Of a stretch of DNA of 64,000 nucleotides, positions 53,564-64,000 are shown piece by piece. Position numbers and translations under genes: made by a program. The notes below the pieces were generated by a model. The model had not been told where the DNA came from and did not search any database. It saw only the letters and a list, made by a program, of their open reading frames with translations. Source of the DNA: an uncultured delta proteobacterium (GTDB lineage: Bacteria; Desulfobacterota; RBG-13-43-22); assembly GCA_963802945.1 (NCBI GenBank), contig CAWDKY010000017.1, positions 32,001 through 96,000 of the forward strand, written 5' to 3'. The stretch's first letter is position 1, and each line of letters starts with the position of its first letter.

Positions 53564-54616
53564 TTATGCTGGATTTGAAAAGCGAAAGGCTCGCAGCAAT
53601 CCAAAACACCCGCTAAGCATCATATTGCCAAAAGGGGCGGCCATAATCACCGGGGCATCGGCCAGCAATCTTCTTCTTGGCCCGGTGACGATCAGCGAAG
53701 GATATCGGTCCTCCCGTGGGGCAAAATTAAGACAGCCGTGCCCGCCATCTTGAAAGACCTGTTCATTGGTCAGTCGCCCGTCAATAAATTTTTCCAGATC
53801 AGTCATGAGTTTTTCTTTATTTAGAAAGAAGGTGTGATGCTCAAAAATTCCTCGGAGACGTCCTTCCATCATCCAAGCAGCTAGGGTGTGTTCATTGCCG
53901 ATATTGACAATGAGAGTATTAGGGGAGATCATTTTTTTTACTTTTTCATCCTCCATAGCCCCTAGAATAGCCGCCGCCCCGGTATCCATGACTTGGGCCT
54001 GAGGCCAGGTCTCCTGAACGGCCTTCATCCGGGTTAGATATGAAGGTATAGTCGAGTAAAGAAGGGTTTCCAAGGGTCGTTGGGAATTAATAAATTCTTC
54101 CCAGTGCTGAAAACGGAATTGCCGGTTGCTGTCTTGAGGCGCGAAGCCATGATCCTGAACAGCCACCAGACGGGTTTCAGGTAAAACCAGCCCGAAGGAT
54201 TCAAAAAGCCTGGTAAAGGCTGCCTCTTGAATATCTCCCATTTCGATCCTTACGGCCTCATCTGGTGCCGAGTCCGTTATTCGAACTCCCATTCTGGCCA
54301 CTTGGTCGAGATCGTCCCTGAGAGTTAGGGCTGCCTGGGAATGGGCATAAACCGGCAGACCCGTTTTTAGATGATCGCGAACAGCCTGAGAAGAGGCACC
54401 ACCGCCCATCAGATGGCCGGTCAAAAAGATGGCCTTCCGGGACAGGGTAGCCTGGTTGATCTTTCGAGCCGTCATAATCGTAGGTGAAGGCAGGACACAT
54501 TGCAACGCCTTTTCCAGGGACTCTCCTTCGGTCCAGATCAGCAGATCTTGTGTCCCTCCGCCGATATCCAGGGCCAGAATGCTTTTTTTGTTTTTTAATA
54601 TTGAGGATTGGTGCAT
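53564..54616 (-). CDS. DUF1786 family protein (ASKHA-like fold)
   Basis: LDIGGGTQD, LPSPT, AVQDHG, NIGNEHT, FEHHT, MMLSGCFGL. Confidence 0.85.
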   Translation of the reverse strand: MHQSSILKNKKSILALDIGGGTQDLLIWTEGESLEKALQCVLPSPTIMTARKINQATLSRKAIFLTGHLMGGGASSQAVRDHLKTGLPVYAHSQAALTLRDDLDQVARMGVRITDSAPDEAVRIEMGDIQEAAFTRLFESFGLVLPETRLVAVQDHGFAPQDSNRQFRFQHWEEFINSQRPLETLLYSTIPSYLTRMKAVQETWPQAQVMDTGAAAILGAMEDEKVKKMISPNTLIVNIGNEHTLAAWMMEGRLRGIFEHHTFFLNKEKLMTDLEKFIDGRLTNEQVFQDGGHGCLNFAPREDRYPSLIVTGPRRRLLADAPVIMAAPFGNMMLSGCFGLLRAFRFSNPA

Positions 54617-54714
54617 TGATTTTTCTTTCTATTCATCCAACTCTGCCTTTCCTTCTTTTTCCTAATCCAAATCGATTCGCACATGTCCGCTCATGATAAT
54701 GAAGTCTTTATTTG

Positions 54715-57700
54715 TCAGCTTATGGCGTTTTTCTCGAGTCGCTTGCGGCGCGCTTGTATGGCCAAGGCTTCGAGTAGCCGGGTCTGGTTGGCGGAGATCC
54801 AAGGTCCTTCGCAATCGAGCGCGATATAAGGCATGGCGCTTTGGCTGGCCAACGGCCGTATAATCGCTTGCGAGTTCATCGCCGGCTGACAGTTGAAGCA
54901 ACCGAGGTTGACCAGGCCGTCATAGTCGTTTGAGCTTGCTGAACAGACGAATCGGCCTACGGTAACACTTGTCTCGCTAAACCCGTTGTTCGAGACATAG
55001 CGATGTCCGGCGTCCAATATTCGAGGAAACTCGATATGTTCGTCAAACATCAGGCCGGACCGGCCCATAATCGCGCGAAGCTTTTTTAAATGGGATTCGA
55101 TGACGTGGACACCATAGCGTGATGTGCGTAAGCGAATAGCGTCTTCTCGATTTATTTTTGGCGCTTTAAAGGCGATCTGATCGGCGGGATTCGTCATACC
55201 GTTTTTGAAGGCCACGCGTACAAAATTCTCCGATTCAATCCAGAGAGCTCCCTCGGCCACATCCACGACTTTAACCACAATACCTTGATTGAGAAAGTAG
55301 GCGCTCACCGGATAGTGAACGAAAATAAGGTTTAGGCCTCCAATCATGAGCACTTTGGTCGCCCGGCTCAGCTCGGTAGAAAGGGGGACTGCCGCCATTC
55401 GCTCGGCCCATTGCTCAACCGCTCCCTCGAGATCGAAGGTAAGAGTCCTTACGTTACCCACTAATTGCGCAAAGGCCGTATCGAACAACTTGAGCGCGCT
55501 ATCGCGATCGCTCGCGAGGCAGTAGAGCGCGTTGTGCGCTTCCTCCAACAGGTCTCCGAGTAGAAGGCATTTATTGATTTCCTGAATTTGCGCTCCGCTA
55601 AAACCGAGCTGCCGGTTTTCAGGGCTGCGGTTGACGCCGCCGATCGCGTCTTGCGCTTCGAGCCGCGAGAGAAAGTTGTCCCAAACCAAAGGCCAAGCGC
55701 CGTTTTGACACGGCCCTTCTTGGTCAAGCGTGAGATATACGGTGACCTCCCCCTGCTCGCGGCGATGGAGCAAATCCTCGACGACCGCACCGACGGTGGC
55801 GATCATCGGAACACACTCACGGCCGGAACAGACCTGGCGGGCCAATTGCATGGTTCGCGCCGTCGGCTTAGCAACCATTCGGCATTTCTTCCCGTTTTTT
55901 TCATATACCGTTTCGACAAGCCGCGCGGTCCACGGATTGGTCACGTCCGTAAGAACGTGTACGACCCGCTGATCATGATAGGCGATGCTATCACCATGGC
56001 TTCCGATGAACCCATCTTGGTTGTCGGATAAGCGGGCCAAGTTCCACCTTGCCCGGCCCACTTTTTCCGAGTTGGTTTTGGGGTTGATCAATGCCTCTGG
56101 TTTGCGCTCCTGTTCTTCGATAATATCGAGAAAAGCACCGACGCGTGTTTCAAATCCCGCGTGCGCCGTGTGCGAATCGATCTCTAAATAGCAGAAGGGA
56201 CGGCCGGCGAGCTGTTCGCAAAACAGGTGGTACATCACGCTATCTGGTCCGCAAGAAAAGCAGGAAACGAGGCAGATATGCCAGTTTTCACGCCGCTTGA
56301 CATGCTGTACAGCGTTGCTGATCTGCTGGGTGAAGTGCCAGACATCGCGGGGGAGGTAACGGTCTTCGATGGGCTCGAGCAGATCGGCGGGAATGGCGTG
56401 GTAGCCCCGACTGATAATCTTTCGCGGAAGGGCGAGGTTTATTTCGGAAGAATACACCGTATAAGGCCTTCCGGCTAAGACCACCGCCGCTTCTCCTTCT
56501 ATCTGTTGAAGCACCTTACGACCCCACTGCTGATAAGCCGCTTGGAACTGGCGGTAATGATCAAAAGCGGAGATCACTGCCCGCCTGGCTTGCGTTTCGG
56601 TGATAGTCAAAACAGGCGCCAGCCGTTCGATTTCTTTTATCGTTGTATCCCTAAGTTCTTTGGAAAGGCCCAGATGCGGAGCGAGCACTTTGTCCGCCAA
56701 TTGTGGGAAGGCGGCCTTGATCACATCGGCAATAATAGCCGTAGAAGGACAGGTGTAACCATGCAAACTCTGCGCGGGGACCTCTAACTCAAGCAAACGG
56801 GGAAGAAAGATAAAATCGACGTTTTTATCTGATAAGTTATCGACTGCCCCATGGATGATTTGACACGGGTAGCAAATAGCCGCCATGGTCTTTTGCAACC
56901 CTCCGCGGAAGCTTTCGGAGACGACCCAATCAAAGCCGAGCTCATTGATCAGCTTGGCGTAAAAAGGGAAGAGGTGATAGGCGCTCAGCCCCAGGGGTAA
57001 ACCGATCGTGCCTCGCGAGGGGTTCGGGGGCTGCGGTTTAAATTCATCAAACATCAGCCTGTTGCGCTCTGCAACCAAGTCGCGCCCCTCCGGCGTCTTA
57101 TCTTCCTGTCTCCTTTGGTTTTCGTATTTCGAGCACAACCCCCCAAACGGATATACCTTGGATCGTATGGCGATCTTCTGAACCTCACAAAGGTTCTGGC
57201 ACGAACGGCAACGGAAGGTCCCCTTGACGGACATTTCCTCGCCGATCAGGGCGCCGAGATCAAGTCTTTTTTCACGAGCACGTCCATCTCGCAACCGGTC
57301 GCGCGCCATCAGAGCGGCGCCGATGCAGCCCATGAGCTCGGGGTGCGGCGGGACCACGATTTTTCGTCCGACACGGGCAGCAAGCGCCAAGGCGACTGAT
57401 CGATTAAGCGCTACCCCGCCGAGAAAGAACACATCGTCCCGGATCGCGCGCGGCCCGACGATACGCGAAATATAGTTGTCCGCGATGGAACAGACCAAAC
57501 CTGCGATAACGTCGCGCTGATGCGCCCCCTGTTGCAGGGCATTTCTTATATCCGTGTTGATAAAAGCGGCACACCGTTCCCCAAAGGCGATCGGGCTCTC
57601 GCTCGACTCCGCTAGTGCGCTGATGGCCTCGGTCGCTACCCCCATATCGACCAAGGCCGACTCCTCTAGAAAGCTACCCGTTCCCGCTGAGCACCCCTCG

Positions 57701-59037
57701 TTCATGGCATAACCGACCGGAATGCCGTTGGTAAATGAGATGTACTTAGAATCCTGACCGCCGATTTCAAAGACGGTACCCACGTTCTGCACTTGCTCAG
57801 AAGCGGCGCGGGCGTGAGCGAGTATCTCGTTGAAAGAAAGGCCATTATCGAGGTAGACCGAGACGATCTCCCTACCCGACCCCGTACAGGCGGTTTGTAC
57901 AATATCTATCGGTTTATCGCCGACCTGTTTGATGAGCTGCGCGATGCACTGGGTCGTGGCGGAGATAGGATTTCCCAGCGTGCGCAAATAGCACCTGGCG
58001 CCGATCGCGCGGCTTTCCGCGTGGAGGAGCACGGCTTTGGTGGTGGTCGACCCGGCGTCAACGCTAAGAATATAACGGCCGCCGGCTACGGGTATAGGCT
58101 CGTTCGTGTCGCGCTGTACTCGGTAGTCTAAGAGATGCTCGGCCTGGCCCAGAGGAGCACGTGTTTCAAGGTCAAAACGGCGGTTTCTGAGAATGGGTTT
58201 ACGGTCGATAATAGCCGCTTGGTCGCCCAGCTCTTGCGCGAGAAGCGCCGCGCCAAAGGCTTCCAAATAGGTGCTATATTCAACGCGGTCGATGCGGGTC
58301 TCGGGGAACCGCCTGCCCAACGCCTCCACAAAGGGTCTGTTTGCGGTCACTCCTCCACAGACCACTATAGTTTGCATGGGCCATCTAGCGGAGGCCACCA
58401 TGTCGGTGACGCGTTGAGCCAGGTCCTCGATCAAAGAGCGCGCGATATCGCCGCGAGAGCACTCCCCTTTATTCAATTTGTGCGTAGCGTCGGACTTGCA
58501 ATGTACCGAGCAGCGAGTCGCTAACGGAACGCGCTTTCCGCTCTCGTAGGCATTCAGCCCTTGCTCAAGGGTCATCCCCATTCTGTGAAACTGCTGAACG
58601 ATGAACTCCCCGGTTCCCGCCGCGCACTTAGAGGTAGCGATGATGTTCTTGATCACGCCATCCTTCAGCGGATAAACGCAAAACGTTTCTCCCCCTAAAG
58701 CGAGCAGCAGATCAGGTTGATAGCCACAAAAATTTAGGGCCGTTTCCAGGCATTCCGTGGTCGATCGGTAGGGCGCTTCGACCAGTTGCCGGGTAGCCTG
58801 TCCAGTGATCACCAGACGCCGACCATTTTGGCCAGCCGCCCCTGGTCGGCGATCTCCCAGGCCGTGTGCAAACAGTTCTTCGATTACCTCGCGCGGTTGG
58901 CCATTATGCGCTCTGGTAATTGCGCGGGTTGTGCCCTGAGCGTCCCGTTGCACCCATTTGACTGAAATAGCGCCGACTTCCAATCCCTCGAATGTCCCCT
59001 GATCGTGTTGACGCCTCTGACCGCTATCCTTGTTCAT
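54715..59037 (-). CDS. 2-hydroxyacyl-CoA dehydratase activator fusion (two BadF/BcrAD ATPase domains plus dehydratase-like domains)
   Basis: KCAAGTG, RCSVHCKSD, DAGSTTTK, EIGGQDSK, MNEGCSAGTGSFLE, FSCGPD; RBS before MNKDSG at 59037. Confidence 0.9.
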   Translation of the reverse strand: MNKDSGQRRQHDQGTFEGLEVGAISVKWVQRDAQGTTRAITRAHNGQPREVIEELFAHGLGDRRPGAAGQNGRRLVITGQATRQLVEAPYRSTTECLETALNFCGYQPDLLLALGGETFCVYPLKDGVIKNIIATSKCAAGTGEFIVQQFHRMGMTLEQGLNAYESGKRVPLATRCSVHCKSDATHKLNKGECSRGDIARSLIEDLAQRVTDMVASARWPMQTIVVCGGVTANRPFVEALGRRFPETRIDRVEYSTYLEAFGAALLAQELGDQAAIIDRKPILRNRRFDLETRAPLGQAEHLLDYRVQRDTNEPIPVAGGRYILSVDAGSTTTKAVLLHAESRAIGARCYLRTLGNPISATTQCIAQLIKQVGDKPIDIVQTACTGSGREIVSVYLDNGLSFNEILAHARAASEQVQNVGTVFEIGGQDSKYISFTNGIPVGYAMNEGCSAGTGSFLEESALVDMGVATEAISALAESSESPIAFGERCAAFINTDIRNALQQGAHQRDVIAGLVCSIADNYISRIVGPRAIRDDVFFLGGVALNRSVALALAARVGRKIVVPPHPELMGCIGAALMARDRLRDGRAREKRLDLGALIGEEMSVKGTFRCRSCQNLCEVQKIAIRSKVYPFGGLCSKYENQRRQEDKTPEGRDLVAERNRLMFDEFKPQPPNPSRGTIGLPLGLSAYHLFPFYAKLINELGFDWVVSESFRGGLQKTMAAICYPCQIIHGAVDNLSDKNVDFIFLPRLLELEVPAQSLHGYTCPSTAIIADVIKAAFPQLADKVLAPHLGLSKELRDTTIKEIERLAPVLTITETQARRAVISAFDHYRQFQAAYQQWGRKVLQQIEGEAAVVLAGRPYTVYSSEINLALPRKIISRGYHAIPADLLEPIEDRYLPRDVWHFTQQISNAVQHVKRRENWHICLVSCFSCGPDSVMYHLFCEQLAGRPFCYLEIDSHTAHAGFETRVGAFLDIIEEQERKPEALINPKTNSEKVGRARWNLARLSDNQDGFIGSHGDSIAYHDQRVVHVLTDVTNPWTARLVETVYEKNGKKCRMVAKPTARTMQLARQVCSGRECVPMIATVGAVVEDLLHRREQGEVTVYLTLDQEGPCQNGAWPLVWDNFLSRLEAQDAIGGVNRSPENRQLGFSGAQIQEINKCLLLGDLLEEAHNALYCLASDRDSALKLFDTAFAQLVGNVRTLTFDLEGAVEQWAERMAAVPLSTELSRATKVLMIGGLNLIFVHYPVSAYFLNQGIVVKVVDVAEGALWIESENFVRVAFKNGMTNPADQIAFKAPKINREDAIRLRTSRYGVHVIESHLKKLRAIMGRSGLMFDEHIEFPRILDAGHRYVSNNGFSETSVTVGRFVCSASSNDYDGLVNLGCFNCQPAMNSQAIIRPLASQSAMPYIALDCEGPWISANQTRLLEALAIQARRKRLEKNAIS

Positions 59038-59141
59038 CGTCTCTCTTTCTCCGCGCGCCTCGCCTGATACACGTTTGAGGAGTCGCCAGCGGTAACAAGA
59101 CACGCGGGCGCGCGAAAAATTGCGCCTTGCTTGACTGCGAG

Positions 59142-59200
59142 CCGATACTATGGCTCCTAAAGTAACGCTTCCAGGGGGCTTCGTCAAAAGGAAAATGAGG
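59142..59200 (+). mobile_element. IS91-family transposase micro-fragment
   Basis: CCGATACTATGGCTCCTAAAGTAACGCTTCCAGGGGGCTTCGTCAAAAGGAAAATGA aligns with 61049-61109. Confidence 0.75.
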
Positions 59201-59278
59201 AAGCCTTTGATCAGGATTTCGGGATTTCCGTAGATCACTGCTCCGTTTAAGATAAGCAGACCATAACTTAAGAGAAAC

Positions 59279-60754
59279 TCAGAGAAGCTGGGAGCGCATA
59301 ATCCGCCCTTGGGCATCCCGCGGTATCTCTTCCACGAAAACGATCATTCGAGGTGTTTTATAGGATGCCAGGTGTTTATGGGCCTGTTGTTTGATTTCCT
59401 GCTCGGAAATGTTCGTGTTTTCCCGCACAATATAGGCCTTGATGATGGCTCCACGCATCAGGTCCGGGACTCCGGTGATGGCGGAATCTATCACCCCGGG
59501 TATGGCGTTAAGCACACCCTCGACCTCACGGGAGTAAACATTGAATCCGGAGGTGATGACCATTTCTTTTTTATACCCCGTGATGGTGATATATCCATCC
59601 TCATCGACAAAGCCCAGATCCCCGGTATACAACCACCCATCTCGGATAATTTCCGCGGTCTCCTTTTCATATTTGTAATAGCCCTTCATGATGTTGGGCC
59701 CTTTAAACAGCAACTCTCCTGGCTTATTCGCCTTCAGAGGATTACCATCCTCATCCACCACCATAACCTCCACCCCGGGCACAGTCGGACCGATGGTTTC
59801 CGGCTTGACCGGCCAATGCTTTCGGTTGACCGAGCACACCGGAGAAGCCTCGGTGATCCCGTAACCCTGATGGATATCTTGGTGAAATTTTTCTTTGAAA
59901 CCGTTAAAGATCTCGAGGGAGAGTGCCGCTCCTCCTGCAATTAAGGTCCTCACCTTGGAACAATTTACATTCTGGGCTTCCGGATGCTGAATAAGGCCGA
60001 AAAAAATGGTTGGAACAGCACATATGGCGGTAATCCCTGCCTCTTTGAGGGCATAGTCCATTTCCTTGAAATTGAGCCGATTCATCAAATAGATGGAACC
60101 GCCCAGGCGGAGCATGCAAAGCATATTGACACTGGCGCTGAAGGAGTGGAAAAGCGGGATGACGGTCAGGGTTGTATCCGTCTCATCGCAGTCCATACAA
60201 AGCCGCAACAGATCCGAATTGTGGTCCAGGTTGCCCTGGGTCAGCATGGCCCCCATGGGATATCCGGTAAGTCCCGAGGAATAGATAATGACAGCTACCT
60301 CGTCGGGAGTGAGGTCCTCGCCTATCTCCCGGGATTTTCCTGTGATCCATTGGTTAAAGTTGCCCTCTTCACCTGTGGTAATGACGATGTCCAAGGAATA
60401 CTTATCCAGGATCTCGTGGTAGGTCTCCAGACGGCCCTTTTCCAGGATAATGCCCTTGGAATCTGAATTCCTGATGATGTGTGCCAACTCCCAGGATGTA
60501 AAGGAGGGATTGACCGGAACCACTGTGGCACCCAGACCGACAATAGCCATATAAGAAATGACAAACTCCGGAATATTGGGAAGGACTAAGATGACTTTGT
60601 CGTTTTTGTTAAGGCCTGCCAGTTTGAGGGCCGTCCCAAGGGAACGGACGGCCCGAGAGAGCTCCCCGTAGGTGATCTCCTGGTCATGGGTTTTGAGACA
60701 GACCTTGCCTGGTCTTTCCTTGGCATGGATTTCCAACCACGAATAAATGTTCAC
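59279..60754 (-). CDS. Long-chain acyl-CoA ligase / AMP-binding enzyme
   Basis: YSSGLTGYPMG, PLFHSF, QGYGITE, GWLYTGDLG, GFNVY; GTG start. Confidence 0.9.
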   Translation of the reverse strand: MNIYSWLEIHAKERPGKVCLKTHDQEITYGELSRAVRSLGTALKLAGLNKNDKVILVLPNIPEFVISYMAIVGLGATVVPVNPSFTSWELAHIIRNSDSKGIILEKGRLETYHEILDKYSLDIVITTGEEGNFNQWITGKSREIGEDLTPDEVAVIIYSSGLTGYPMGAMLTQGNLDHNSDLLRLCMDCDETDTTLTVIPLFHSFSASVNMLCMLRLGGSIYLMNRLNFKEMDYALKEAGITAICAVPTIFFGLIQHPEAQNVNCSKVRTLIAGGAALSLEIFNGFKEKFHQDIHQGYGITEASPVCSVNRKHWPVKPETIGPTVPGVEVMVVDEDGNPLKANKPGELLFKGPNIMKGYYKYEKETAEIIRDGWLYTGDLGFVDEDGYITITGYKKEMVITSGFNVYSREVEGVLNAIPGVIDSAITGVPDLMRGAIIKAYIVRENTNISEQEIKQQAHKHLASYKTPRMIVFVEEIPRDAQGRIMRSQLL

Positions 60755-60924
60755 TGTAACCCCTTGTTTTTTATGTCGCGCCTATTTTAAGAGTCTCAAT
60801 GTAATAATGACCCCAAAAGACCCCCCCGTTCTTATTCAAGGGAAGTCTTTCCATTTCATGCCTTGACAATAAAGAGACCTTTAATAGGTTATGGGTTCTT
60901 TATCACTCCCTGATTTAGAGGGAT

Positions 60925-61400
60925 TCATCATACCGACCATCCGGGCCTGGTTCCCAGAGGAACGCTGGTCAGAAGTGCTTCGATGGACAACCGGAGTTTG
61001 GCTGGCAGCCATGGCTTCCCATATCCCTGGCCAGCGTGAACAAATGGTCCGATACTATGGCTTCTATAGTAACGTTTCCAGGGGGGCTTCGTCAAAAAGA
61101 AAATCAAGATAACCTCATCCCCTGTGTTAAAGAATCAGATGAGAACGTCAAACCCAATCAGAACTGGCCCAAATTGATTCAGAAAATTGGAGCCTTTCTC
61201 GGACATGATCCGGGAAAGTTGACCCCCTAACCTGCCCGTTCTTTTTCACTTATCACATTCTAAATATTAAGTCCAAACCGGTAAATTCCCATTTCCCTCA
61301 GAGGCCCTCCTTCGTTCCCTTGCCTCGGGTATCATTTTTCTCCTTAATCATATTTTTTTCTTCTTTTATATTTTTCCCATTCAAAAGCAATGCCTTATCA
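60925..61400 (+). mobile_element. Decayed IS91/ISCR-family (HUH Y2) transposase 3' part with downstream end and outward promoter
   Basis: IRAWFPEER, WLAAMASHIP..EQMVRYYGFYSNVSRG, NWPKLIQKI, VDPLTCP across frames; then TTAATC-17-TATATT and AAAAGCAATGCCTTATC. Confidence 0.8.
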
Positions 61401-61690
61401 AACTCTTTTACTGACTGAAGTTAACATCAAGAAAGCGCTTGAAATGTCACAACTGTTTACCGCCGATACTCATGTTGGGAAGAATGGGAGAACTTTATAA
61501 AAAAGTCCTTGAGGCATATCCAGATAAACTGGATATTCTGAAGGAGGAGAAGTTGCTTGATTGAATAATTGTGATTTAAATAGTCCTAAAGGGCAGTACA
61601 AAAATTTTTTTGCATTACCCTTTATTCAATTTTTTTTCAAAAAAACAAAAATACTGTTATACTATATAATAAATTCACAGGAGGCCAGTT

Positions 61691-62701
61691 ATGAAATTAT
61701 CTGAGATTGCGGCTGTTATCGGTGGCGAGCTCGTCGGTAATGAGGTTGAAATTATTGGTGTATCAGGCCTTGATGAACAATCGGAGAATACCATCGCTTA
61801 CGCTGAAAATAAAAGAAACCTGGAACTACTCATAAACTCAAGCGTTGCGGCTATTATCATAAAAAAAGATATGGCAACTTCAGGTAAACCGGTTATAAAG
61901 GCAGATGACCCCAAGTTTGCAATTTCCAAGGTTCTTGAGCTATTCAGCCCTTATAAGCCTTATAAAAAGGAAATCTATCCGAATACTTATATTGAAAAAT
62001 CTGCAAAAATCGGGAAAAACGTCACTGTTTTGCCTTTCAGCAATATTATGGAAGGCACTGAGATCGGGGATAATACCATTATCTATTCACAGGTTTTCAT
62101 TGGAAAGAATGTTAAAATTGGAAAGAATTGTATTATAAAAGCTGGCGTAAAAATTGATGATGAAACTACCATTGGCGACAATGTTATCATTCACCACAAC
62201 AGTGTTGTCGGTGGGGACGGCTTTGGATATGTACAGAAAGACGGTAAGAATTTTAAAGTGCCCCAGATCGGCAGAATTATTATTGAGGATGATGTGGAAA
62301 TCGGGGCTTGTGTGACAATTGACCGCTCAACCATAGGTAATACGGTCATCGGTAAGGGCGTTAAGGTGGATAACCTTGTGCAGATTGCCCACAATGTAAA
62401 AATCGGTGAAAACACATTCCTGGCAGGCCAGGTCGGTGTCGCGGGCAGTTCAACTATAGGCAGGAACTGCTTCCTGGGAGGCCAGGTCGGTATAGCTGAC
62501 CATGTCACCATCGGCGATAATGTGGCCATTCTCGTGCAATCAGGTATAGAAAGTAAAAGAGTGATAGAGTCTAATAAGGTTCTCTTCGGAAGTCCAGCCA
62601 GAGACCTTATGGCCCAGAAGCGTATTATTTTTTCTCTGGACAGGCTTCCTGAATTGGTTAAAACCAATAGAGCTATCAAAAAGAAACTGAATATCGAATA
62701 A
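61691..62701 (+). CDS. lpxD: UDP-3-O-acylglucosamine N-acyltransferase
   Basis: Hexapeptide repeats, GDGFGY, KVPQIG, VEIGA...IDR, KVDNLVQIAHNV. Confidence 0.93.
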   Translation: MKLSEIAAVIGGELVGNEVEIIGVSGLDEQSENTIAYAENKRNLELLINSSVAAIIIKKDMATSGKPVIKADDPKFAISKVLELFSPYKPYKKEIYPNTYIEKSAKIGKNVTVLPFSNIMEGTEIGDNTIIYSQVFIGKNVKIGKNCIIKAGVKIDDETTIGDNVIIHHNSVVGGDGFGYVQKDGKNFKVPQIGRIIIEDDVEIGACVTIDRSTIGNTVIGKGVKVDNLVQIAHNVKIGENTFLAGQVGVAGSSTIGRNCFLGGQVGIADHVTIGDNVAILVQSGIESKRVIESNKVLFGSPARDLMAQKRIIFSLDRLPELVKTNRAIKKKLNIE

Positions 62702-62895
62702 GCTGGACAGGAAATATGATCCTTTTAAGTGAAATAAACAGGATGGATGAATGAATTTATTTACTGGATAGATTAGACTATTAACGCTGGCTGGATATTT
62801 GGGTTACATAGATTTCGATAAAAGGTAAAAGCGACGAAGTAAGTTCTTGAGATACTTTTTTTCTATCATGACACCGGAACTATTAAGGAGAACCA

Positions 62896-63855
62896 TTGAA
62901 TCCGGGTAAGAACAGATACCGAGCGGGGCCGTTGGCCTGGATCTTCGTCCTTGTTTTCTTCCTGCTATTTTCGCCGGCAAAGGCACTGGCCGAGGAGTGG
63001 GGCACCGTCACCATCGATGAAACGAAGCAGATGGTGCTGGGGGACCAGTTTTTTCAGGAAGCGGACTATGCGGGGGCCATTCGGGAATACAAGCGTTTTC
63101 TCTTCTTTTTCCCCCAGAGTGTCAGGGGGGATGAGGCGATGTTAAAAATCGCCCAATCGCACCTGAGGAATGGAAAGTGGGAGGAAGCCTTATCCGCCTC
63201 TGACAATCTGATCCAAAGGTACCCCAATTCTTCACGCATCGCCGAGGCCTTGATGATCAAAGGCAATGTCTTCGCCGTCAAGCGGCAGTACCCCGAGGCC
63301 CGCTCCTTCTTCAGGAAAGCCCAGGACAGTTCTCCTCAGACGTCCTTGGCTGACGAAGCCCAGCTGCAGATCGCCCGTACCTTCATACGGGAGGAAAGAT
63401 GGGAAGAGGCCTCATCCGAATTCCGCCGGATCGACCCGAACAGCAGGGTATATGACAGGGCTGAAACTATGGCCCAGGGGCTGGATCGGATTCACGAGCT
63501 TCCCCAGGATTCCCCCCTGGCTGCGGGGGTCTTATCGGGTCTTCTCCCCGGGGCCGGACAGCTTTATACGGGACGGTACGGCGAAGCGATCATTGCTTTT
63601 CTTCTTAACGGGTCCTTCATCTGGGGGATGGTCGAATCCTTCTCTAACAAGAACAACGTGGTGGGAGGAATCCTGACCGCCTTTGAGCTGGGATGGTACA
63701 GTGCGAACATCGTAAACGCGGTGAACAACGCGAACGAAAATAATCAAAGAATGAGAGGGGACTATCTCCAAAAGCTGGAGAGGGAAGGCGGCTTTTCCCT
63801 GGCACCCGCTCTCTCGGGAAGGACTCTAGTCCTACGGTTGCAGTACACCTTCTAG
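62896..63855 (+). CDS. TPR (BamD/YfiO-like) protein with C-terminal TM2-like segment
   Basis: Signal peptide; AIREYKRFLFFFP; repeated TPR units; LSGLLPGAGQLY; start uncertain. Confidence 0.8.
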   Translation: MNPGKNRYRAGPLAWIFVLVFFLLFSPAKALAEEWGTVTIDETKQMVLGDQFFQEADYAGAIREYKRFLFFFPQSVRGDEAMLKIAQSHLRNGKWEEALSASDNLIQRYPNSSRIAEALMIKGNVFAVKRQYPEARSFFRKAQDSSPQTSLADEAQLQIARTFIREERWEEASSEFRRIDPNSRVYDRAETMAQGLDRIHELPQDSPLAAGVLSGLLPGAGQLYTGRYGEAIIAFLLNGSFIWGMVESFSNKNNVVGGILTAFELGWYSANIVNAVNNANENNQRMRGDYLQKLEREGGFSLAPALSGRTLVLRLQYTF

Positions 63856-64000
63856 TGCAGTGGTGCAGAAGCCTTATTGGCCTCGGTTTTTTTTACTGAA
63901 GGATTTTTTGCGGTGCCCTGGCTTTCGCCGCGAGGGGAGAACCTTGGCGCCCGATCCGGCGGCGGGAGGAGCCAAGGCAAGCAGATCGCATCTCATTGTT

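Noticed and set aside
59038-59316. N-terminal extension of the activase in the ORF track
   Set aside because: Overlaps the ligase 3' end and the IS91 fragment; the RBS-preceded ATG is at 59037

Overview
Chromosomal segment of an anaerobic bacterium, most likely Desulfobacterota (inferred from an HdrA/HdrL-MvhD-MetV cluster, a tetraheme cytochrome c3, selenoproteins and CoA-catabolic genes). Core blocks: purLQ, livKHMGF, tatBC-uvrC, thrS-infC-rpmI-rplT-pheST, acyP, ligA. Between them lie accessory genes. The most striking unexplained structure is a dispersed family of about ten short elements carrying a sigma70 promoter and, in several copies, an oriIS-like tail. They resemble the sequence just downstream of a decayed IS91/ISCR-type (HUH Y2) transposase at 60.9-61.4 kb, and most sit directly in front of one accessory gene; in 16-23.5 kb they form a tandem array of promoter-gene modules. 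The ORF track also misses two UGA-recoded selenoproteins (MvhD and a DsbA/FrnE-like protein), a 50-aa hdrC stub, two or three solo integron cassettes with attC sites, a MITE and several non-canonical starts. Single-base frameshifts in six genes, including thrS and purL, look like assembly errors. No rRNA, tRNA or CRISPR array was seen. All family assignments are from motif recognition, not database searches.
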